From positions 256,001 to 320,000 of the forward strand of contig CBDCWI010000001.1 in NCBI GenBank assembly GCA_965223325.1: a DNA stretch of 64,000 bases, written 5' to 3'. Position numbers and translations under genes: made by a program. This document shows positions 8,099 to 18,700 of this stretch, piece by piece (position 1 is the first letter of the stretch; each line of letters starts with the position of its first letter). The notes beneath the pieces are model-generated. The model made no database searches and was not told where the DNA came from. It saw only the letters and a list, made by a program, of their open reading frames with translations. The stretch is from Candidatus Multivoradales bacterium (GTDB taxonomy: Bacteria; Acidobacteriota; Thermoanaerobaculia; Multivoradales; Multivoraceae).

Positions 8099-9664
8099 AT
8101 GGCAGCGCAGTCTCCTTTCGACCAGCGGCAGGTCACCGAACACTTCGACGTACTGATCGTCGGCGCCGGCATCTCCGGCATCGGTACCGCCTTCCATCTA
8201 GCCGACAAGTGCCCCGGCAAGACCTACGCGATTCTCGAGGGGCGGGCGAACTTCGGAGGCACCTGGGACCTGTTCAAGTATCCCGGAATCCGCTCGGACA
8301 GCGACATGCACACCCTGGGGTTCAACTTCAAACCCTGGCGTGAAGCCAAGGCGATCGCCGACGGGCCATCGATCATGCGCTACCTCGAAGAGACGATCAG
8401 CGAGTACGGCATCGACCAACACATTCGCTACAACCAACTGGTGCACAGCGCGTCGTGGTCGAGTGAAGAATCTCGCTGGACGCTCACTTCGACCGACAAG
8501 GAAACCGGCGAGACGACCAGGCGGAGCTGCAACTTCCTGGCAATGTGCGCCGGCTACTACAGCTACAAGAAGGGCCACACGCCGGAGTTCGCCGGTCGCG
8601 AACGCTTCGCGGGCGAGATCATTCACCCACAGCAATGGCCCGACGACCTCGACTACACCGGCAAGCGCGTCGTGGTGATCGGCTCGGGCGCCACGGCCAT
8701 GACCCTGGTCCCGTCAATGGCCGACCGAGCCGCCCACGTCACCATGTTGCAGCGCTCCCCCACCTATGTCGTGTCACGGCCCGACCGCGATGTCATCGCC
8801 AACACCCTGCGCAGGATCCTGCCCGAGCGCTGGGCCTACGGCATCACCCGCTGGAAGAACATCGCCATGCAGGAGTTCTTCTACAAGCAAACCCGTACCA
8901 GGCCAGAAAAGGTCAAGAAGAAGCTACTCGACCTGGTCGAGAAGGAAGTCGGCACGGCCGAGCTCGAGCGCCACTTCACGCCGAACTACAACCCCTGGGA
9001 TCAACGCCTCTGCTTGATTCCCAACAACGATCTCTTCGAAGTCATCAAGGCGGGCAAGGCCTCGGTGACCACCGATCACATCGAGACCTTCACCGAGACC
9101 GGCATCCAGCTCGCCTCGGGCGAGACTCTCGAGGCCGACATCATCGTCACCGCCACTGGCCTCGAACTGGTCGTCCTCGGCGAGGTGGAGTTCGAAGTCG
9201 ACCAGACGCCCGTCGACTTCTCAAAGACGTGGACCTACAAGGGCATGATGTATTCCGACGTCCCGAACATGGCTGCGACCTTCGGCTACATCAACGCCTC
9301 CTGGACTCTTCGCGCCGACCTCATCGCCGAGTACGTCTGTCGCCTCATCCAGCACATGGACGCCACGGGCACGACCCAGTGCACTCCCCGCCTCCGCGAC
9401 AGCGACCACGATATGCCCAGGCGCCCCTGGATCGAAGACTTCTCCTCGGGATACATGCAACGCATCATGCACATCTTCCCGCGCCAGGGTGATCGTGAAC
9501 CATGGATCAACCCGCAGCGCTACAGCCACGACAAAACGATGTTCCGCCAGGGTCCGATCGACGACGGCTGCATGATCTTCGAACAGGCCGCCGCCGGCCG
9601 ACCAGCAGCCGGCCCGAGAAGGGGCCACCCAACCAGCCAGCGCGAGCAGCGAGCGGCCTCCTGA
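8099..9664 (+). CDS. FAD-containing Baeyer-Villiger monooxygenase, EthA-like
   Basis: GAGISG, GGTWDLFKYPGIRSDSD, BVMO fingerprint FAGEIIHPQQWP, GSGATA, TATG; RBS GAGG before ATG 8099. Confidence 0.92.
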   Translation: MAAQSPFDQRQVTEHFDVLIVGAGISGIGTAFHLADKCPGKTYAILEGRANFGGTWDLFKYPGIRSDSDMHTLGFNFKPWREAKAIADGPSIMRYLEETISEYGIDQHIRYNQLVHSASWSSEESRWTLTSTDKETGETTRRSCNFLAMCAGYYSYKKGHTPEFAGRERFAGEIIHPQQWPDDLDYTGKRVVVIGSGATAMTLVPSMADRAAHVTMLQRSPTYVVSRPDRDVIANTLRRILPERWAYGITRWKNIAMQEFFYKQTRTRPEKVKKKLLDLVEKEVGTAELERHFTPNYNPWDQRLCLIPNNDLFEVIKAGKASVTTDHIETFTETGIQLASGETLEADIIVTATGLELVVLGEVEFEVDQTPVDFSKTWTYKGMMYSDVPNMAATFGYINASWTLRADLIAEYVCRLIQHMDATGTTQCTPRLRDSDHDMPRRPWIEDFSSGYMQRIMHIFPRQGDREPWINPQRYSHDKTMFRQGPIDDGCMIFEQAAAGRPAAGPRRGHPTSQREQRAAS

Positions 9665-9721
9665 GAACGCCATGCCATTGGGGAGCGGCCGTCGCCGAGG
9701 CTGCGGTGGTCTCGCGGTGAT

Positions 9722-12700
9722 CTAGCGGACGAGCGACCAGGCCTCGACGCCGCCTGACTCGAAGTCGTCTGCGAAGAGAACCGGCAGATCGGGGACCTCG
9801 CCGCCCTGGAACGCGTCGAGCGGGAGCGCCGGGTCGCCGATCAGGTTGTAGATCCTCGGCAGGTGCGGAATCGAACTCTCGTGCGGAAAGGCTTCCAGCG
9901 CACGACGAATGGCAGCCCCCAGCGACTCACTTGCCGGGTCGAAGAGGTACTCGGTGAGCGAGGCGTCCAGGTCAACAGCCGCCGAGTTCACCGACAGACC
10001 CGACGGTCCCCAGACCGCCAGCGCACCACGATCGGGCACAACAACCAGCGCCTCACTAAGGGCGGTGAGACCCGGGAACTCGAAGCGGCCGACCGAGCAG
10101 GTCAGGCTAGTGACCACCGGTAGGCGACCTCTGCCAGCCAGCGAGGCGACGTCGGCGGTGGTGAGCACACCCTCGGCGGTCAGGCGATCGAGACCGCCGT
10201 GGCCAATGTAGTTCAGCCACAGTAGACCGTCATCGAGGCGCTCTCGGACCGCCGCCCGTGCGGCGTCGGCACCGATCTGATCGAGATAGACCCGCTCGCT
10301 CGAAAGCGACTGCGGAACCTCGGCCCAGATGCGGTCCGAATCGGCGGCGAAGTCGCCAGCCTGGTCGCCGTCATCGGCCAGCAGCAAGACCCGGTCGGCG
10401 CCCGAAGCGCCAGCGTGCGCTGCGGCGAGCTTGTCGAGGTATAGGCCGAGCTCCTCGTTGGTGAGCACCGGAATGCGACCGACGACGACCTCCGGAACCG
10501 CGTCGTCGCCGTCCACATCACCGAGCACCATGTCTGACGCATAGAGACCATTCGGCGTCTCAATCAGAAGCGGTGGGACGAGGTTGGTGCCCAGACCGCG
10601 ATGATCGCGATAGTCGAAGCTGCCCTTGCCCACCAGGACGGCGTAGCGCGGCGGCGTTCGCCAGGTCGACCAGGCGTGGCCGAGGAAACGCCGCAAGGCA
10701 TCGGGCTCGGGAGTGCCCAGAGCGAAGCCATCGAAGATCGATTCGAGGGTGACAACCCGGGCGCTCAACCCAGTGCTGCGTTTCATCTCGGCGAGGTCCT
10801 CTGCCCCCGCAACGAGGCTTTCGGGAGCGATCACCAGGTACTCCGCTCCACCGTCGTCGGGGTCGGTGAGCTCGGCCCCCGCCATCGCTCGGTAGCGCGG
10901 TTCGGCCACCGCCGCTGCCTGAGCGGCGAAGATCAAGTGACCGCTCTGCTCGGGAACGAAGTGCACTGCAAACGGGGCGCTCGTCCCGGCCTGGACCTCC
11001 ATCTCGATGAGCCGCGGCAGATCGGGCTCGGTCACGTCGGCGACCACGATGTTCTGGTCGACGAAGCCATCGAGCACTGTCGGCTCGACCGACACAGTGG
11101 TAAACAAGAGTCCCTCGGCCCCGACCGTCGGCACACTCAGGTAACGTAGCTCGACCGAGTCCAGGTAGAAGATGCTGCTTGGCACCCCGTCGGGACGGGT
11201 GGCGACGAGCTCCAGGGTGTTGGTGCCCGGCTCGAGATGGCGACTCGGCAGGCTGAAGCGAACCTCGTGGCGACCCCGCCCGTCGAAGGAGACGGAGCCC
11301 GCGTGCTGACCGTTTGCATACAACGTGAGGTGGTGGTCGGTGTCGGCCAGGGACTCGGTGGCTGCAAAGAGAGCGAGGGTGACCTCGGCGGTATGTGCTG
11401 CGGCGGAGAGACCGGGCGCTCCGATCTCGACGGTGCGCGACCCAGCGGCAGGATGGCTCCCGACCAACACCGCCTGGAACCAGAACTCGGAGTAGGGATC
11501 ACGGGCGGCGGCAGTGGCGGCGAACACGTTCTGCTCCACGCGCGTACGGGTTGACACCCAGCGTGCCTGTCCGGAGGTCGCCCGCCCACCCGGCAGGACC
11601 GTTCCAACCGAACCCGGCGCGAGGTCGAGGGCATAGGCGTTCCAGGCACTCATCGACCCTGCTGCCTCGGCCCAGAAGAACAGTGCGTCTCCCCGGCTGA
11701 ACCAGCCCACGCCGTTGCGCCGTCGGTGACCGGCGTACTGGTTGCGGAGCCGGAACGAACCGTTCGCCAGACGCGCACGAACCTCGTCGAGGGTGAGATC
11801 GAAGAAACTCGCGAGCTGGGCGGCTGGAACACGGTACAGGCCGACCTCGTCGGTCTCGAGCAGCAGGCCAGAAGCACCTCCAGCCGAACGCTCGAGACTC
11901 ACCCGGCGAGCCAGGCCTGCCGCACGCCGCTCGGCGAGTCGCTGCGCGTCGAGGGCTGTGGCGCCATGAGGTGTGACCAGTACATCGTCGTCCAGGAAGC
12001 GAGACACGGCCCCGCTGGCCGTGACCCGGAAGGGCCCATAGCTCTTGACCCTGGAGCCGACTTCGATCTCCTCGAGCAGGTAGGTCGAAACGACCGCAGG
12101 GTCCGCGGCACCGTCGAGGACGGCGTAGCTGGCACCAGCGTAGGCCGAGGGATCGGCGACGATCAGGTGCTCGTTGACCCGCACCCATGAACCATCAGGA
12201 GCGGCTCGGTAGAGATCGAACCCGAGAGTTCCGTTCTCGCTCGCCGTCTCCCACTCGACGACCGCTCCGCCCGACTGCAGACGGGCCTCGAAGCGGGTCA
12301 AGAGAACCTCGGTCGCCGGGCGGGTGAAGCCGAAGTGCTGGTTGGGAACGTTGGCCGCTGCGATCGCCACCGGCTGCACCGCCGCGGTGCCGGTTTGCGT
12401 CGTCTGCTGAGAACCGGCCAGGAACGTACCGGTGGTATCGACCGCGATGATCCAGTCAGAGTTAGCGGGAAGACCGGCGAACGTGTAAGAGCCATCGGCC
12501 GCCGACGTCGTACTACCAAAGAGGGGGTCCGACGCATCGAGAACTCCATCGCCGTCGAGATCCCTGAAGAGGAAGACCGCGTTTCCTCCGATGCCACGTT
12601 CGAGCGGTGGTTCGAGCGTGGCGTCACCGTCGTTGTCGAAGTAGGTGACGCCAGAGATTGCGTACGAAGTTCCGGAGACCGAGTAGCCGAAGTCCGACAC

Positions 12701-15700
12701 CAGACTGGTGGGAGCCCGACTCGACGTCAAGGTCACCGGATGCGGGTTCTGCTGTGAGTTGTCGTTGACGTTGACTGCCCCGGTCGTCCGTGCCAACGAC
12801 TCGAGCACACTCACCACATCGGTGAGCTCGACCAGATAGCTCGCCGGCGCCGGCAGGCCGAGGAAGAAGTAGCCACCATTGGAGTTGGTGACCGCAGAAC
12901 GTAGGAGATTGTCGATCCCGACGTCGAGAACTCCATTGGCGTTGGTGTCATGCCAGAGTCGCAGGGTGACGCCTTCAATTCCCGATTCGTCGGCGTCGAG
13001 GTCGCCATCGTCGTTCTTGTCGTGCCACACCAGATCTCCAATGGCTCCTGAACCACCGCTCGGGGCGTAGCCGAAGTCGGCCAGGTTGTAGTCGTCGCCA
13101 GCCGCAAGGGTGATCGTTGCCGTCGGATCTGAACCAGCGGTGAGGTTCAGGCCCCACAGAGCACCGGCGGCATCGCTGACCGCAACTTGATAGTCGCCGG
13201 CGAGGATCCCACTGAAGTCGTAGTTGCCGCTGGCGTCAGTGACACTGGATGCAATCACCACACCCGAGTCGTTCAGAAGATCAACGGTGACATCTTCGAG
13301 GCCGAAATCGCTGCCATCGAACGAGCCATTGCCGTCGAGGTCAACGAAGACCAGGTCGCCGACTGTGGCAGCAGTCGAGCCCGCCACCAGCTCCCGGAAC
13401 CCGAAGTCTGCGAACAGCCAGTCGGTGCCCGCAGTCACTCCAAAACTGATCGTGGCTGACGGATAGATCGTCGGTTGAGGGTCGAACCCGGCGGGAAGAG
13501 TCGTTGTGTCGACCGCCGCTGTGTAGCCCCCCGTTGTCGTCACCCCGGTCGCGAGATAGCGACCGTCGGCACCGGTCGTGACAACCGTGCTGTAGCCTCC
13601 CGGTCCGGTGATGGTGACCTTGACTCCGGCGATGCCAGCCTCCCCAGGATCCTGGAAACCGTCCCCATCGCGGTCGAAGAACACCGTGTCGCCGATCGAG
13701 CTGCCGGTTGACGGCGCGTAGCCGAAGTCGGCGCGATCGTAGAACTCTGCTTCCGATAGAGCAATAGCGCCTGAAACCGCCCCGGTTCCAGTTGTCGCCG
13801 CGAAGCCGCTCGCGAGAGTGCTCTCGTCGGGGTCGACAAAGTAGGTCCCGGCGGTAAGCCCATCGAAGCGGTAGCGACCATTGATGTCGGTCTCGACCGA
13901 GGCGACCAGGGTGTCGCCAGCGTCGTACAGACCGTCGCCGTCGTCCTCATAGAGCTCGAGAGTCACGAGCGGCAGACCCGACTCCGACGAGTCGAGGATC
14001 CCGTCACGGTCGGCATCGAACCACACCCGGTCACCGATCGCGCCAGCCTCTTCCGTTCGGTTGTAGCCGAAGTCGACACCCGTTACGTTGCTCGACGAGA
14101 GCACGATCGGGAGTTCGTCGAAGCCGCTGGTGAGAACGGCATCGCGCAGCGCCCCGGCTTCGTCGGTGACCCGCACCGAGTACGTGCCAGCAGGCAGATC
14201 GTAGAAGGTGTAGTCGCCACTCGCGTCGGTGATGACACTCGCGATGACGACTCCGCCGCTATCGTGGAGATCGAGGGTGACGGCAGCAAAGCCCGGCTCC
14301 GCCGCACCGTCGTCGATGCCGTCGAGGTCGAGGTCATTGAAGACGTTGCCCGAGATGTCGGCCAGGGCGTTGTTGCGGAAACCGAAGTCGGCGTCGAGGT
14401 AGCCAGCAGCCGAGCTGATCAGGACCGCCTCGATCTGAACACCCGCAGCATTCGGCCCCGTCTCCTGATCGCTGGTGGTTGCGGTATAGGCCGCAAGCGC
14501 CGCCTGGCTCCCGTCGACACTCGCGAACCAGGTGCCACCGGCGAGCCCTTCGAAGCGGTACCAGCCGCTGGCATCCGTGAGGGTGGTTGCATGGAGCGTG
14601 TCGACGGTGGTGTCGAGGACGCCGTTCCCATCGACATCGGTCCACAGGGTCACGGTCGCTCCGGAAATCCCCGGCTCGCCGGGGTCATGGACGCCATCTC
14701 CATCGGCGTCACTGAACAGGCGGTCACCAACCGCACCCGGCACGTTGTAGCCGAAGCTCGAGGCCGCAAGGTCTGCGCTGGCAAGAAGGACACCTTTCTC
14801 GAAGGCCAGCCCGGCCGCGGTGGTACCCGTGAGGCCGAGAAGTTCCAGGTAGTTGTCGGACATCTGAATGGTGTAACTCCCGGTGGCGACGCCATCGAAG
14901 GAGAACGACCCATCGCTCGCCGATGCGACGGTTGCCACCACGCGGCCCTGGTCATCGAGGAGGTTGATGGATACATCGGGAATGCCCGACTCACCGACGT
15001 CGACGAGGCCGTTGGCGTTGGCGTCGAACCACACCCGATCTCTGATCTCATAGGTCGAGGCGCTCGAGAACCCAAAGTCGGCCTGGAGGTAGACCGTGCT
15101 GGGATTCACCGAAAGGGGTGGGCTGGTGCTGCCACCGATGCTCTGCGCACCAACGGTTGCACTGTAGCCATCGAGAACGCCTCCGGAAGCGAGATCGGCA
15201 GCCGCAACCGCGACGGTGTAGTCGCCTGGCGTCACACCGGTGAAGAGATAGCTCCCGTCTGCCGCGGTCGTCGTCGAGCTGACCGTCGTACCACTGGCGT
15301 TGTTGAGATGGATGGTGACTCCGCGAATCCCGACCTCGCCGGGATCCTGGATCCCGTCGCCGTCACCATCGCTCCACACTCGATCACCGATCGTCGCTGC
15401 CGTGGTGTCCGTCGGTGCGTAGCCAAAGTCGAGATCGCGGGCCTCTTCGTTCGCAATCACGGTGCGGGTTGTGCTGGGGTCGGTCACCGTCCCCGAGAGG
15501 CTGAGACCAGACGGTCGCGTCGTGTCATCCACCGCGACGAAGTAGACCCCGGGCCCAAGAGCCGAGAACAGATAGGCCCCCTCGAGATCGGTCTGAGCCG
15601 TCGCCACCAGGGTGTCGTCGCCCCCGCCGACGGCATTGTCGGCGCCGGCGTCCCAGAGCTCGACAGTGACGTTGGCGAGTCCAGGCTCGCCGATGTCCTG

Positions 15701-18700
15701 CACGCCGTCGCCGTCGGCATCGAGCCACACCCGATCTCCGAGCGCACCGCCGGACGCCAGCTTGTCGATCGCCAGATCGAAGACCGGGTTGATGGTCTCG
15801 AGCGATACCGCGCCCGCCTGGTTGAGGATCTGGCTGAGGCCCGCCGCCGGCGGGTTGTCGACCTGAACCGACAGGTTGATCGTCATCGACTCACCACCCA
15901 GGAGGGTGTAGCCATCGGACACAGCGACTACCAGCGGCGGCGAGTTGCCAGCCACGGTTTGGAGCTGGCGAGTGGTGGTCTCGACCTTGATTGCGTCCGC
16001 CCAGAGATACTCGGAGCCGTTGCTCTTGAGTCCCGAAGACAAGAGGCGCAGGAGGTTGTCGGCGGGATTGCCGTCGTTATAGCTCGCCGGAGGCAACGTG
16101 TACGACCTGGCGACATAAGCCGCATCGGTGCCGGCACCACCAAAGGAGCCGAGGGTCGTCCAGCTGGCTCCGTTGTCATAGGAAACGTCCAGGTTGACGA
16201 AGTCGCTCGCCGCCGAGAAGTTGATGCGCCGGTACTCGAGGGAGATCTCCGCCGACGCAGCTCCGGTGAGGTCGAAGGCACGCTGCGCACCATTGCCGGC
16301 CCGGGCGATACGCATCGAGAGGTCGCCGAGATCTGTCGCGATGGTCACGTCACCAGTGGTCGTTACACCATCGTCGGAGATCTCGGCCCAGGCCTGAGGA
16401 GTCCAGTCGATCGCGCCGTCGCTGCCGTTGTAGGCGGCCGGGTAGGTGGCAGTGAAATCGTCTCGATAGTCACTCACGACCGACACTGGCGCAGTGACGG
16501 ACGACGGGGGAACGAAACTGGCGCCCGCTGGAATCGGGTCCGAAACCGCAATCTGAGTGGCGGGCGCCGTGCCGGTGTTGGTCACCACAATGGTGTAGTT
16601 GATCGCAGCGCCCGGATTGACCGGACCACCGCCGGCGCTCGACGTCTTCTGAATCGTCAGGTTGGTCGCCGCGCCAACGCGGTAGCCGAAGTCGATCGTG
16701 TTGTCGACGTTGCCGCTGGCGATCGTGACCGCACCCCGATGATCACAAACGGTGCAGTTGTTGCCCTCGTCGGGATCGTAGCCGAGAACGACATTGGGCG
16801 GCAGCGTTCCGGTCATAACGCGCACGGTGTAGTTGCCATCTGCCAGGTCAGCGAAGGCGTAGTGGCCGTCGGCGTCGGTGTTCGTGGTGTCGATGACGGC
16901 TCCCAGGTTGTCGAGTAGATCGACCTGGACGAAGTAGAGGCCGTTCTCGGTGACCGGGTCATAAACACCGTCGGAGTTGGCGTCGAGCCACACCGTGTCG
17001 CCAATCACGCCAGGTGCCATCACACCGATGTCAGCGTACTTGACGATGTTGGTCGGCGGCAGGAAGAAGCCGAACTCACCATCGCAGACGATGCAAGGCC
17101 CGCTTTCGTCCGGATCGCCGGTGACGGTCGAACTGGGAAGGTCGGGATCGGTGAGGTCGAGCACCACGACGTAGTAGTCCGAGGGCAGACTCACGAACTC
17201 GTACTGTCCAAGGGCGTCGGTCACCGCCGAGGTGTAGAGGGTGTCGGTGCCAGCGTCGTAGACACCGTTCTGGTTCACATCGACGTAGAGGTTGACCGTC
17301 GCGTTGGGCACCCCGGGCTCTTCGGCGTCCTGGAGGCTGTCCCGATCGTCGTCCCTCCACACGCCGTTGCCAATCGAACCGCCGGGGGCGAAGCCGAAGT
17401 CCAGGTCGGTTCTGGTCTCACCGGTTGTGAGAACGACCAGCTCCTCGTCGTTCTGGGTGGTGAGGGTGTAGCGGTTGCCGTTGCCGTCGTTTGGCAGATC
17501 GCTGTCGAGCTCGTCGACATCGACCAGGTAACGGCCCGCGGCGAGGCCCGAGAACTCATAGTGCCCGGAGGCGTCGGTGCTCGCCACCCGAACGACCGCG
17601 TCGCTGGCATCGATGACACCGTTTGCATTGGTGTCTTCAAAGAGCACCACGCGAATGTTCTCGAGACCGATTTCGGTGGGATCCAGGACGCCGTCGCCGT
17701 CGTCATCTGCGAACACCGTATCGCCGATCCTCGCCGTTCCCGTGGGCTGATAGCCGAAATCGAGGGTAGTAACCGAGGCCGTTCCATCGGTGATCGCCGA
17801 GGCACGACTGTCGCAAGCGGAACAGAGACCGGGCTGGTCCGGATCTGCCGTCAGGATGGCGCCGGCGGGAAGATCGGGGTCGGCGAGGTCGACGACCACG
17901 ATCCAGTTGCCGGCCGGAAGATTGCTGAATGAGTAGCTACCGTCGGCAGCGGTAACCGTCGTTGCCACGAGCGCGTCGGTCGCGTGGTTGACGGCACCGT
18001 CACCGTCCTGGTCTTCATAGAGCCAGACCGTGACGCTGCCGATCCCCTCTTCGGCCACCTCTTCGGTACCGTTCGCGTTCCAGTCGACGAAGACGGTATC
18101 GCCGAGGGTCGAGTTCCCACTCTGGGTGTAGGCGAAATCGTGGTGTCCCGAAAGAGCGCCACCGGCGAGCGTCTGAGTGGCGGTAGTCCGGTCGTCGAGC
18201 GTGACATCGGTGTCGACCGTCTGCGTCCAGGTGCCGCCGGCCGGCAGGGTCGTCGTGTCGACGACCGCCTGATAGTTCCCGTCAGGCAGGTCGGACTGAG
18301 TCCACGAGCCATCCGCCCCGGTGGTCGTAAAGCGTGTCGCACCGTCGTCGCCGTTGCCGCAGATCGCATCGACCCCGCAGTCCTGAACCTGGATGGTCAC
18401 GCCACCGATTCCATTCTCCCCGTCGTCTTGGACGGCGTCGCCATCGTGATCGTTCCAGAGCGAACCGAAAATGGTGTTGGGAATGATGTAGCCGAAGTCG
18501 AGGCTCAGATCGTCGTCGTTGGCGGTGCTCCCGTTGTGGCTGTTGATCACCGCCGAACCGCGATCGTTGCAGACCGTACAGACGCCCGCCTCGTCTGGAT
18601 CACCCGTCGCGGTCCAGGTGGCACCGGGCAGGCTCGGTGGGATGACAACCACCACCCAGTTGCCGTCGGTGACAGCGGTGAACAGGTAGGTACCGGTGGC

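Noticed and set aside
9722-9960. T9SS C-terminal domain on the gingipain-like protein
   Set aside because: Only about 35 residues follow NLIGDPAL and they lack the CTD motifs; the FESG tail is present instead
14264-16918. 884-aa ORF on the + strand
   Set aside because: Antisense shadow of the repetitive giant gene; no recognisable motifs; expected in high-GC DNA
16740-18605. c-type heme-binding sites in the giant protein
   Set aside because: Motifs are CxxCD/CxxCN, not CxxCH
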